From assembly GCA_963772455.1 (NCBI GenBank), contig CAVYXJ010000007.1:256001-320000 (forward strand): DNA of 64,000 nt, in the 5' to 3' direction. The first letter of the stretch is position 1, and each line of letters opens with the position of its first letter. The DNA is from Candidatus Bathyarchaeota archaeon. GTDB lineage: Archaea; Thermoproteota; Bathyarchaeia; Bathyarchaeales; Bathycorpusculaceae. Below, piece after piece: positions 1 to 9,128 of the stretch. Both the position numbers and the translations under genes were made by a program. The notes under the pieces are model-generated. The model was not told the DNA's origin, did not search any database, and saw only the letters and a program-made list of their open reading frames with translations.

Positions 1-266
1 GCGTCAACGGCGCCTCGAGCATAAATTTTGCCTTCTTCTATTCGAAGCGGCAGGTGCCCAGCCACTGTGTCCATGTGACCGCATAACAAGATAACGGGCT
101 CGCCATCGCCCACGACGCCAATAACATTGCCAATGGCGTCCTTGCCGACTTCAAAACCCATCTTTTTCATTTCTGATTCTAAGAAGTTGGCTGCGTCCCC
201 TTCTTTTCCTGAGGGGCTATAGATTCCTAGAAGGTTAGTTAGGAACCGTACTGCTTGCTCGCTCAT
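1..266 (-). CDS. lysK: [LysW]-lysine/ornithine hydrolase (M20 peptidase); N-terminal part only, gene runs off the window start
   Basis: Manual translation from ATG 266: MSEQAVRFLTNLLGIYSPSGKEG...LLCGHMDTV...YARGAVDA, which contains M20 motifs. Overlaps the end of lysJ. Confidence 0.9.
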   Translation of the reverse strand, partial: MSEQAVRFLTNLLGIYSPSGKEGDAANFLESEMKKMGFEVGKDAIGNVIGVVGDGEPVILLCGHMDTVAGHLPLRIEEGKIYARGAVD

Positions 267-1446
267 TTTCTTCTTCTCCCAATACGGTGTCTAAGACTGC
301 GATTGCTTTGTCGATTTGTGCTTTTTCAATTACAAGTGGCGGCAGTAGGCGAACGACGGTTCTTCCAGCATCCAAGACTAGAATGCCTCTGTCAAGTGCT
401 TTTAGAATAACGTTGTGAACGTCAAATCGAAGTTCCATGCCAAGCATCAAACCTAACCCACGTACTTCCTTAACGATTTTGTGTTTAGCTTGTAATCCTT
501 CCAGTTGCGATTTGAAGTATTTGCCATTCACAGCGGCTTTTTCAGCAAGTTTTTCTTCCAAAAGTGCATCTATGGCAGCGCATCCAGCTGCACAGACAAG
601 TGGGCTTCCGCTAAAAGTAGTCGAGTGCTCACCAATTTTGAGCGATGCCATAATGTTTTCTTTGGCGACTGTAATGCCTATTGGTAATCCGCCTGCAAAA
701 GGCTTTGCCAAACACATAATGTCAGGAGTGACATCCCAGTTTTGGCAACCGAACAATTTTCCTGTGCGTCCAAAACTCGTTTGCACTTCATCAAATATTA
801 GCAAAACGTTCTTTTCGTTGCAGATTTCCCGAACTTGCTGCAAATACCCGTCTGGTGGAACGCGAACGCCTCCTTCTCCACGGATCGGCTCCATTAAGAC
901 GGCAGCTGTTTTGTCGGTTATAGCTTCTCGGATTTTTTCTGGGTTATCAGGTGCAACATGTTTGAATTCTGGGATAAGGGGCATAAACGGTTCACGATAT
1001 TTTTTATCCCATGTGGCTGATAATGCCCCCATAGTTTTTCCATGGAATGCTCCCATTAAAGCGATTATTTCAGGTTTGGCTGTGTATTTGCGAGCAAGTT
1101 TTATGGCGCATTCGACGGATTCAGCGCCGCTGTTTGAGAGAAATGCTTTGTCTAAGCCTTTTGGTGTTATCTTGACTAGTTTTTCTATAAATTCAGCTCG
1201 TTTATCGTTATAGTAGCAGCTGTGGCAAGTGATGAGTTGTTCAGCTTGAGTTTTTACAGCTGCGACTATTTTTGGGTGACAGTGTCCCAGTGCGGCAACG
1301 CCGTAGCTGCTTGCGCAGTCCACGTATTCTTTGCCGTTAATGTCCCATAAAAGTGCGCCTTTACCTTTTGTCAGAACAATGGGTTTTTTGGCGAATACGT
1401 TTGCCAAGTAGCGGTTTTCAGTTTCCATTATGGTTTTTTCATTCAC
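235..1446 (-). CDS. lysJ: [LysW]-aminoadipate semialdehyde/glutamate semialdehyde aminotransferase (ArgD-like, class III PLP)
   Basis: Motifs SGAES, FHGKT, IFDEVQT and PLP lysine in CLAKP; lys operon context. Confidence 0.92.
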   Translation of the reverse strand: MNEKTIMETENRYLANVFAKKPIVLTKGKGALLWDINGKEYVDCASSYGVAALGHCHPKIVAAVKTQAEQLITCHSCYYNDKRAEFIEKLVKITPKGLDKAFLSNSGAESVECAIKLARKYTAKPEIIALMGAFHGKTMGALSATWDKKYREPFMPLIPEFKHVAPDNPEKIREAITDKTAAVLMEPIRGEGGVRVPPDGYLQQVREICNEKNVLLIFDEVQTSFGRTGKLFGCQNWDVTPDIMCLAKPFAGGLPIGITVAKENIMASLKIGEHSTTFSGSPLVCAAGCAAIDALLEEKLAEKAAVNGKYFKSQLEGLQAKHKIVKEVRGLGLMLGMELRFDVHNVILKALDRGILVLDAGRTVVRLLPPLVIEKAQIDKAIAVLDTVLGEEENERASSTVPN

Positions 1447-2257
1447 TGGTTATCACTGTACCAACCTGATGATTCAAAGCACAAGTAATAGGCTGTTTAA
1501 CCTTGCCTGAAGTGACAAGGACTTCTTTGACTCCGTGACTTAACGCTTCCAAGCCTGCATGAACTTTGGTACTCATGCCGCCTCCAATGCTTGAGAGAAC
1601 TTCTTTGACTTCGGTTGAAGTTATTTTGGAAACACGCTCGCCTTTAAGCATTAAACCTTCCACGTCCGTTAACAGGATTAGTTTGTCTGCTTTCAGTGCA
1701 CCTGCAATGGTCGCTGCTGTCCTGTCGCCATCAACGTTTAGAGGCTCAAAGTCTTGGCTTAATGCAATCGGAGTAACAATCGGCAAATAGCCTTTTTCGA
1801 GAAGCAAATTGAGCAGGTCGGTGTTGACATTGGTAATTTTGCCTGTGTAGCCGCCGTCCATAACTTTTTTTCTGCCTCGTTCGTCGACAGCAATTAGTTT
1901 GGTCTTTCTTTCACCTTTTAGGATTGCAGCGTCAAGTCCACTTAAACCGACGGCTTGGATACCTTGGGTTTCCAAAGCGAGAACTATTTGTTTGTTGATT
2001 TTGCCCGCCATAACCATGGTGTAGATTTCGATGGTTTCTTTGTCAGTGAAGCGGCTTCTAAAGCCTTCAGGTGATATGATGAATTTTTGTTCTTTTCCTA
2101 GTTTGGACGCGATTTCGGTGACTTCTACACCTCCGCCGTGGACTAATACAATCTTGTTTTCTTTGGCAACTTCTTTTAAGTCGGCAATTAAGTCGGTTGA
2201 GGCGCCTTCTTTTAGGATGCTTCCACCCATCTTAATAACAAGCAGCATGGCGGTCAC
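1439..2257 (-). CDS. lysZ: [LysW]-aminoadipate/glutamate kinase (ArgB-like)
   Basis: Amino-acid kinase motifs VIKMGGS, VHGGG, NVDGD, GGMSTK. Confidence 0.92.
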   Translation of the reverse strand: MTAMLLVIKMGGSILKEGASTDLIADLKEVAKENKIVLVHGGGVEVTEIASKLGKEQKFIISPEGFRSRFTDKETIEIYTMVMAGKINKQIVLALETQGIQAVGLSGLDAAILKGERKTKLIAVDERGRKKVMDGGYTGKITNVNTDLLNLLLEKGYLPIVTPIALSQDFEPLNVDGDRTAATIAGALKADKLILLTDVEGLMLKGERVSKITSTEVKEVLSSIGGGMSTKVHAGLEALSHGVKEVLVTSGKVKQPITCALNHQVGTVITSE

Positions 2258-3306
2258 ATCGGATGGAAACCAGTGCTCACAAGGCCTGTGGTTTCATCTA
2301 TTCCCATAAGTATGTTCATGCATTGTACTCCTTGTCCAGATGCGCCCTTGCACATGTTGTCGATGGCTGAGAAAAGTATGAGGCGGTTTGCGTGTTCATC
2401 AATTTCGAAGCCGATGTCACAGAAGTTTGTTCCCATGGTTATTTTGGGGTCTGGTAATTGGTATTGTCCTTTTTGGTATTTTACTAGTCGAATGAAGGGT
2501 TCAGTTCCGTACATTCCGCGTAGTGCTTTCCAGAGGTCTTTACTGGTTAGGGGTTGTTTTGGGAAGGCATGGATTGTTGAGAGTATGCCTCTTACCATGT
2601 TTACGGCGTGTGGGGTAAAGGAGATTTTGACTGGTTCAGTTGAGAGCGCGTTTAATTCTTGTTCGACTTCGGCTGTGTGGCGATGCCCAACGACTTGGTA
2701 TGGGCGCACTCCTCCGAAGCGTTCTGGGTGATGTGATGAGGGGGTTGGTTTGCTACCTCCTCCTGAAGAACCAACTTTGAGGTCGACGACGATTTTGTCT
2801 TTCTCAATTAAACCTGCTTGCACTATGGGTGCTAAAGCTAGGATGGCGGATGTTGCCATGCATCCTGGGCAAGCTACGAGTTTGGCTTTCTTGATTTCTT
2901 CGCGGTGAAGTTCGGGTAGACCGTAAGCAGCTTCTTTTAGCATTTCTGGATGGGCATGTGTCCAACCGTAGTAAGTGTCGTAGTCAGCTGGGTTTTTGAG
3001 TCGGAAATCTGCGCTCATATCGATGACTTTTAAGCCTGCTTCTAAGAGTTTAGGAACTAAGTTAACTGAGCCGCCGTGTGGGGTAGCTGTGAAAACTAAA
3101 TCACAATTCTTCTGAAGCTCAGCCATGTCTTGGGGCACAAATTTTAGTTGAGTTAAACCTCTAAGGTTCGGGTGTATGTTGAATACGAATTCGCCTGCGC
3201 TTTGGCGTGATGTAACCATGGTTACTTCTGCTTGCGGGTGCATAAGTAGCAACCGTAGTAGTTCACTGCCAACATATCCTGAACCTCCGATTATTCCAAT
3301 TCGCAT
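2254..3306 (-). CDS. lysY: [LysW]-aminoadipyl/glutamyl-phosphate reductase (ArgC-like)
   Basis: GGSGYVG Rossmann motif, ACPGC catalytic Cys, IDNMCKGASGQ. Start moved to ATG 3306, which follows an SD-like AAGAGG. Confidence 0.92.
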   Translation of the reverse strand: MRIGIIGGSGYVGSELLRLLLMHPQAEVTMVTSRQSAGEFVFNIHPNLRGLTQLKFVPQDMAELQKNCDLVFTATPHGGSVNLVPKLLEAGLKVIDMSADFRLKNPADYDTYYGWTHAHPEMLKEAAYGLPELHREEIKKAKLVACPGCMATSAILALAPIVQAGLIEKDKIVVDLKVGSSGGGSKPTPSSHHPERFGGVRPYQVVGHRHTAEVEQELNALSTEPVKISFTPHAVNMVRGILSTIHAFPKQPLTSKDLWKALRGMYGTEPFIRLVKYQKGQYQLPDPKITMGTNFCDIGFEIDEHANRLILFSAIDNMCKGASGQGVQCMNILMGIDETTGLVSTGFHPM

Positions 3307-3334
3307 GTTTCTGTATCCTCTTTTTGTTTGATTA

Positions 3335-4528
3335 CTATTCAATTAGGCTTTGAGCGCCTTTCAAGAGCGGAATTGCCACATTTAACCCAGTTGCTAAACG
3401 TGTATTTTCCCAGAACTCTGGGCAAGAATTCGACTCGTGAAATACTAAGGCGCTTTTATTTTTTTCCACACTTTCTTCAATTATATTTTTAATGTTTTCG
3501 TATGATTGTGTGTTTTTATAGATTTGGAATGTTTTTTCAAGCTTGCTTGTCCATGTTTGGAAATCGGTTAGGCGAGTTTCATCTGCTTTTACTTTTTGTA
3601 CTGGCACAAACGCTTCGGCTGCCTTGTCAAGTTGGCTTTTTAAGTAAACGTCATCGGCATTCTTGTTTTCTCCAACGTTTACCATGGCGTCCAAAGCAAA
3701 TATCCAAGCTTCACTACCTTTACCCAGAGTTTTGCCGCATTTAACAGCTAACTCCTGAATGCTCAGGGGCAGTTTGGCGTGGAAAACTAGGTTGCCAAGA
3801 AAAGTATTGGTGCGAAAATCTTTGAATCCTGCTCTTGCCATTGAGGTATGGTAGCAAACAGGCTCTTTTCCTTTTTCTTTAGACACTATTATGCGTAAGT
3901 CATAGAACCATTTTTGAATAAGTTCTTGGGCGACAACACCGATTGGGTTAATGATTGTGGGTTTTGTTTCTTTGATGTTTGCTTCCAGTTCCTCGCGGTT
4001 CTGGGAGAGCATTATCATTTTGCCGTGGGTTCCCGCATCTGCTTTGATTACGATTCCTTCGTCTATAGGAATTTCTTGCTGGAATAAGTCTGCTATGTCT
4101 TTTTCGTTATGGATTTCTCTGCCATTTTTTAGAGTGTCAGTTGCATCGCAGGGAACAAAGACGGTTTTTGGAATTGGGATACCTTCTTTGAAGAGGTGCA
4201 ATAGGGTACGGTATTTGCTGTAGCAGATGAATTCGATTTGTGATGAGTTTATTGTTTTTTTACCGAGCATCTCCATGATGTATGATGCTTGGAGACGTCG
4301 ATTCTTGCTCTGTGCACGATTGAGCACAACTTTTGTGTCTTTGATGGCGCTTGTGTAGTCTTTGCCCTTGGTTTTCGCATTAAAGCCATCTTTGGAAATG
4401 GATAATGCAATTTTGCGGAAGGGAATAAATGTTAAGTCAATACCTAGTTGTTGAGCGGTGAGTTTGATGCCGTTTTCATCGTTTTCTGAACGCTCGTACA
4501 AAAGTGCAATGCTCATCGCTTTCATCAT
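3335..4528 (-). CDS. lysX: Divergent RimK/LysX-family ATP-grasp ligase (probable LysW ligase)
   Basis: SKYRT, IPIPKT, QELI..YDLRI, FRTN, HESNSCPEF; lies between lysW and lysY; about 100 aa longer than a typical LysX. Confidence 0.75.
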   Translation of the reverse strand: MMKAMSIALLYERSENDENGIKLTAQQLGIDLTFIPFRKIALSISKDGFNAKTKGKDYTSAIKDTKVVLNRAQSKNRRLQASYIMEMLGKKTINSSQIEFICYSKYRTLLHLFKEGIPIPKTVFVPCDATDTLKNGREIHNEKDIADLFQQEIPIDEGIVIKADAGTHGKMIMLSQNREELEANIKETKPTIINPIGVVAQELIQKWFYDLRIIVSKEKGKEPVCYHTSMARAGFKDFRTNTFLGNLVFHAKLPLSIQELAVKCGKTLGKGSEAWIFALDAMVNVGENKNADDVYLKSQLDKAAEAFVPVQKVKADETRLTDFQTWTSKLEKTFQIYKNTQSYENIKNIIEESVEKNKSALVFHESNSCPEFWENTRLATGLNVAIPLLKGAQSLIE

Positions 4529-4591
4529 CCGTAGAAAGATATTGATTTAAAAATAGATTTCAAGTAAGAAAATAAACTGATTGAAGACTGA

Positions 4592-4810
4592 TTATTCGCC
4601 CCAGTCTTCCCCTTCAATCGTTAACTCTTGAAGGTCAACACAGCCGCATTTTATTTGTTTAACTTCGAGTTCAAGTCCGCAGCCGGGGCAACTTACGATT
4701 TCGCCTTTTTCTGTGTCTGCTGGAACATCGAGTTCTGCGTCGCAGTCTGGGCATTTTGCTTTGTTAATAGCCTTCATTTCTTGATGGTTCGAGTGTACTG
4801 GTTTAATCAT
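4592..4810 (-). CDS. lysW: Amino-group carrier protein LysW (start may be ATG 4777)
   Basis: CPDC/CPGC zinc ribbon and diagnostic C-terminal EDWGE. Confidence 0.95.
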   Translation of the reverse strand: MIKPVHSNHQEMKAINKAKCPDCDAELDVPADTEKGEIVSCPGCGLELEVKQIKCGCVDLQELTIEGEDWGE

Positions 4811-5057
4811 TTTTTATTCGTCACTTTTTTTATGTTGGGAAATGTCAATCAAATGATTTCCAGTTTCTTTTAAACATTTTGACTTATTTGTTACAACTTA
4901 AACTATTAATGTCTCATTTGGTGCAGCTTTTTCGCTTGAGTTGGACATAAAAAACGTATAATAACTGTGCCAAAACAACGATTTCCGCATTGCTCCTCCA
5001 ATCCTAAAGATGGAAAACGTTAAATTTTATCACTCTAATAGTCCCTCGGCTGAAAAA

Positions 5058-5468
5058 ATGGACGAAAAAGACCGACAAATCATTAAAATTCTAAAAGATG
5101 ACGCAAGAGCAGGCTACGGCGATATTGGCAACAAAGTAGACTTATCGGAAGGTGCTGTACGTAAAAGAATTAAAACATTAACCGATGAAAGGGTCATCAG
5201 AAAATTCACTGTTAAAATCGGTGTTGCAGAAGGAGCCCAAGCCATAACTTTGCTTGCCACTAACCCAGCTTATCCAACTCAAGAAGTATCTAAGAAAATT
5301 CAAGCGATCCCAAATGTTGAAACAATCTATGAGGTTACAGGTGAATATGACATCGTTGCAGTTATCAGCGGAATGAACGTGACCGAAGTGAACGAGTGCA
5401 TCGAAAAAATCCGTCGAGTCGAAGGCATAATGAAATCCAATACAATGATAGTTCTTCGCAGCTTGTAG
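5058..5468 (+). CDS. Lrp/AsnC-family regulator (LysM-like), divergent from the lys operon
   Basis: MDEKDRQII...LSEGAVRKRI HTH and C-terminal VTGEYDI RAM domain. Confidence 0.85.
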   Translation: MDEKDRQIIKILKDDARAGYGDIGNKVDLSEGAVRKRIKTLTDERVIRKFTVKIGVAEGAQAITLLATNPAYPTQEVSKKIQAIPNVETIYEVTGEYDIVAVISGMNVTEVNECIEKIRRVEGIMKSNTMIVLRSL

Positions 5469-5591
5469 CATTGCGTTGTTCAATATTGAAGTAGAAGAAA
5501 TTAAGATGCTAATATTGAATGATTCAAGAAACAATTAAGAGTAAAACCTTTTGCGTTTTCTGAACGCTATTCTTTTACTTATATCGAATTG

Positions 5592-6305
5592 TTACTTTCT
5601 CTGTTTCTCGATTTTCTCCACGCCATTGCCAGACCCCAAGTAGGCGATGTCGGTTAAGGCTATGAAAAATCCTGTTTCAACCACGCCGGGAACCATTTTC
5701 ACCTTAATATCAAGTTCAGCGGGATTCACTATTTCCCCAAAGTACGCGTCTATGACTGCATTACCGTTGTCGGTAATTATGGGACCCAATTTTCCTTTGC
5801 CTTCCCGCACCACTGGTTTTCCACCCATGGCGACGATGGTTGCTTTAACTATGGGAAGTGCGAAGGGCAAGACTTCTACGGGTACGAACTGGTTGTTTTC
5901 GCCCAGCAGTTTGGTTTTTTTGGGTTGATCGGCGATGATGACGTTGAGTTTGGAGGCTGAAGCAACGATTTTTTCTCTCGCCATCGCTGCACCACCGCCC
6001 TTAATGAGGAACAATTCGGGAGTTAATTGATCTGCGCCGTCTATGGTTACATCGATTACCGGATGCTCATCTAATGTTGTGATGGGGATGCCGCATTCAA
6101 CTGCCAGCAGGAATGCTTGGTAAGAAGTTGGGATACCCATGATGCTGATTTTTTCTTTTTTGATACGCTCGCCAAGTGCTTCGATTGCAAATGCGGCTGT
6201 GCTTCCACTGCCTAAACCTACAATGAAGCCGTCTTTAACGTGTTTAACTGCTTCTAAAGCGGCGTTTTGTTTTGCCTGTTGAATTGGATCAAGGTTAGCT
6301 TTCAA
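5592..6305 (-). CDS. rpiA: Ribose-5-phosphate isomerase A
   Basis: GLGSGST, DGADQ, KGGGAA, VPGVVETG. Confidence 0.95.
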   Translation of the reverse strand: MKANLDPIQQAKQNAALEAVKHVKDGFIVGLGSGSTAAFAIEALGERIKKEKISIMGIPTSYQAFLLAVECGIPITTLDEHPVIDVTIDGADQLTPELFLIKGGGAAMAREKIVASASKLNVIIADQPKKTKLLGENNQFVPVEVLPFALPIVKATIVAMGGKPVVREGKGKLGPIITDNGNAVIDAYFGEIVNPAELDIKVKMVPGVVETGFFIALTDIAYLGSGNGVEKIEKQRK

Positions 6306-7050
6306 TTTCCATCTGCCCTAGTTTATCTAAAACTTTCTCAACTTCACTTGTAATCGATTCTATTCGTCTTTCAGCTTCGCTTTTAGCTGCTGGTTTTTCT
6401 TCTGGCGGTTTGCGTTTCTTCTTAGGTTTCTCTTCACTGCTTGTTGGCGCTTCTGGTTCTTCGCCTTCGTCCTCTTCGTCAATATCTATTTGAGTTGGAG
6501 TTTGCGTTGGCATTTTTATTGGTATTTCACGGATTGGTTTTACGTCAATTCGTGTTCTGAGTTCTTCAACTTTGCTGGTTAATTCTCCGAAGCGTTCGCT
6601 GAAGAGTTTCATAAGGTCTTCCTGCATGCCTTCAAGTTCATGCAATGCAACGATACCTTCGTCTTTAGAAATTGATTCTTTTATCAGATTCATCCGATTT
6701 TTGTAGGTACTAGCTAATTTGTCTCGTTCTTGCTCAGTAATTTTTCCTTCAGCATGAGCTTCATAGAGCCGCCTTATTGCGTCGCCTAGGATGTCGCGTT
6801 CTAAATCTAACATGCGCAATTCATCTTTTGCGCTGGAAGCCATGTTTGTTTGAACGCTTTTAGAAAGTTTAAACGGCATGTTGCTGTATTCGAGGTCTGG
6901 ATCGATTTTTTTCTGAGTTTTCTTGGGAGCGGCAGGTTTTTTCTCGTATCTTCTCATAGAATAAATTACGGATCCAGAAGCGGCAATTACAACGATGATT
7001 ACCACTGCCAATATTGCAGTAACTATTAATGGGTCATCATACCATGCCAA
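6295..7050 (-). CDS. Hypothetical N-terminally anchored membrane protein with coiled coils
   Basis: N-terminal TM helix, helical core, acidic/basic low-complexity linker. Confidence 0.7.
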   Translation of the reverse strand: MAWYDDPLIVTAILAVVIIVVIAASGSVIYSMRRYEKKPAAPKKTQKKIDPDLEYSNMPFKLSKSVQTNMASSAKDELRMLDLERDILGDAIRRLYEAHAEGKITEQERDKLASTYKNRMNLIKESISKDEGIVALHELEGMQEDLMKLFSERFGELTSKVEELRTRIDVKPIREIPIKMPTQTPTQIDIDEEDEGEEPEAPTSSEEKPKKKRKPPEEKPAAKSEAERRIESITSEVEKVLDKLGQMEIES

Positions 7051-7155
7051 GCCGTGCCATCCTCGTATCTTGATTGTGCATCGTGTATATATTAATTAAT
7101 ATAATCGCTATCTTTGGCAGTTCAAGTTTAAATAAATATTGCAAGAGTGAGCAGG

Positions 7156-7722
7156 CTATTCAGCCTTGACTTTCCTAACTTCAGCTTTTTCTAAAGCAGC
7201 AATTATAGGCAATGCTATGGCAAACCCGATTACTGCACCCAAAATGTTCCAGCCTGCCCAAACAGTCAAAACAAACATGGGTTGAAGATTAAGAACTATA
7301 AGCCCATTAACGACTGCAGCAACGTACGCACAAATAATACATGCCAAAACGGCAATTCCAACATTAACCGACTTCAAATTTATTTTGTGGTGGCTCAGCA
7401 GCAAAATTAAGTCAAAAATTAATGCTGCGGGCACAAAGCCCAACACTGGAAGTGGTCCTCCTGCTAACACAACAATTACAGAACCGATTATACCCACCAA
7501 AGAAGCAGCACCATATTGCCCTGTAGCCCAAGCTACAAGAAGCAACGTGACAAAGATGATTGCACTATGGATTGTTGGCAGATGGGTCAGTGTAAAGCCA
7601 AGGGGTGCTACTGTCAAGTTTAGTGCTACCCATAGAGCGCTAAAGATCCCGATCAAAGCAATGTTGGTAGTGGCGAATCTAGTTTTTTTGGTTTGTAGCT
7701 CAAACATGAAGTAACCACTCAA
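7156..7722 (-). CDS. Integral membrane protein, probable ECF transporter S-component
   Basis: About 5-6 TM helices; N-terminal IALIGIFSAL pattern. Confidence 0.55.
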   Translation of the reverse strand: MSGYFMFELQTKKTRFATTNIALIGIFSALWVALNLTVAPLGFTLTHLPTIHSAIIFVTLLLVAWATGQYGAASLVGIIGSVIVVLAGGPLPVLGFVPAALIFDLILLLSHHKINLKSVNVGIAVLACIICAYVAAVVNGLIVLNLQPMFVLTVWAGWNILGAVIGFAIALPIIAALEKAEVRKVKAE

Positions 7723-7922
7723 CGGAAGTTTAATAACATAAGGTTACAAAAAACCTTACACAACAAGTTAACGACCCATCCATAAATAGTTAACCAAACC
7801 TTTCGATTCCCCGCATATTCTGACTAAAAACCAATTTCAAATCCTCAAGCACTGTAGGCTCAACAGAACTTGGTGATTTTTTAAATTAAGCAGAAAACTC
7901 TTAAGTTGGACTTTCACTTAGT

Positions 7923-8159
7923 ATGACTGTGGTTAAGTTGTCCCGTGTTAGAGTTAAACATAAAGGCCAAGTCACAATTCCCCAAGAAATGCGAAACAAA
8001 CTCGGCATAGAAGAAGGCACAATCTTAGACATCAAAGACCAAGATGGCACAATTATACTCAAACCCCTACCCCGCCTAGAAGCCGGGGAGCCAATTGGCG
8101 AAGTAGAATTTAAAAAAATCCTCGCTGAACTTGAAGAGCGTCGGAGAAACTGGCGTTGA
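7923..8159 (+). CDS. AbrB/MazE/SpoVT-family antitoxin
   Basis: KGQVTIPQEMRNKLGIEEG motif; 4-nt overlap with the PIN gene. Confidence 0.88.
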   Translation: MTVVKLSRVRVKHKGQVTIPQEMRNKLGIEEGTILDIKDQDGTIILKPLPRLEAGEPIGEVEFKKILAELEERRRNWR

Positions 8160-8554
8160 CCGGCGTCGCTGACACCCGAATCTTGTTTTTCATGGAAGTT
8201 CCAGCCACCCCCGAAATGGGAAGAAAAACCAGAGACTTTTTCGAAAAAGAACTCAGAGAAAATCTCTTGGTTCCCACTGTTGTCTTGGCCGAGTTCATTG
8301 AAATCGCAGGGGCAAGAATTGGCGAAGAAGCAGCAAAAACGCGGATACGTGTCCTAAAAGAGCGTGGTATGCAAATCATGCAATTCGACGAACGACACGC
8401 CATGAAAACGGGAAGTCTATTACTTTCAAACCGAAAAGTGCCCCTTGCTGACGCCATAATCGCCTCATATGTAAAAACCGGTGAAGCCGACTACGTCGTA
8501 ACCGACGATCCTCACTTCAAAACGTTAAACGTTAAAACAAAATGGATACCATAA
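8156..8554 (+). CDS. vapC: PIN-domain (VapC) toxin
   Basis: Acidic PIN motifs VADT, VLAE, LADAIIA, VTDDPHF. Confidence 0.88.
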   Translation: MTGVADTRILFFMEVPATPEMGRKTRDFFEKELRENLLVPTVVLAEFIEIAGARIGEEAAKTRIRVLKERGMQIMQFDERHAMKTGSLLLSNRKVPLADAIIASYVKTGEADYVVTDDPHFKTLNVKTKWIP

Positions 8555-8723
8555 AACCATACTATGTTCACATGCGGTTCCTCGCTCCTTATGGCTAGTA
8601 ACTATAAACAAAAACGCGGGCTCTGTTCATAACTAATAACAATTCCAAGCTCAAGAACCACAAGAAGAGGCTTCCTCAAACCCAAGTACTTGTTACAAAC
8701 ATGCTAAGATAGATAGCGGGACT

Positions 8724-8733
8724 AAGTTTAAAT
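8724..8733 (+). promoter_or_regulatory. Putative TATA box for the 8760-12107 operon (leaderless spacing)
   Basis: AAGTTTAAAT about 30 nt upstream of ATG 8760. Confidence 0.4.
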
Positions 8734-8759
8734 CTCCAAACCTTACACAGCAACTATTT

Positions 8760-9128
8760 ATGAGAATCTTACCTATCCTCGGCGGCATCGCAGCAACGAT
8801 TCTATTCTTCTTCGCAGTTATCTTTGCGTTAGCCTCTTCCTACGTTGGACTTACCGCTCAAGCTGCACAATCCAGAGTTTTAACCAGCGCAATTTTATTC
8901 ATTGTTGGTTTAGCCGTGATTGTAGGTGTTTACTACGTGTCCCGTAAACCCAAAACGGTTATTCAGCAACTTGAAATCTCTGGGCAAATGAAGGCAGCAC
9001 AGATCAAATGTCCCAATTGTGGCGGTAGCATAGATGCAAACCAAATCAAAATCGTGTCTGGTGTGCCATATATTAAATGCCCGTACTGCGGCACCACTTT
9101 TGAGGTTACTGAGGAACCAAAATGGTAA
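8760..9128 (+). CDS. Two-TM membrane protein with a C-terminal zinc ribbon
   Basis: Two hydrophobic helices, CPNC...CPYC; stop overlaps the next ATG (ATGGTAA). Confidence 0.8.
   Translation: MRILPILGGIAATILFFFAVIFALASSYVGLTAQAAQSRVLTSAILFIVGLAVIVGVYYVSRKPKTVIQQLEISGQMKAAQIKCPNCGGSIDANQIKIVSGVPYIKCPYCGTTFEVTEEPKW

Noticed and set aside
437-1213. Long antisense ORFs (also 2273-2731, 32944-33714, 45645-46895, 58626-59096)
   Set aside because: They are shadows of well-supported genes on the opposite strand and have no motifs.
4943-4958. GGACATAAAAAACGTA resembling a Sulfolobus LysM box
   Set aside because: Spacing differs and it is a single weak match in AT-rich DNA.
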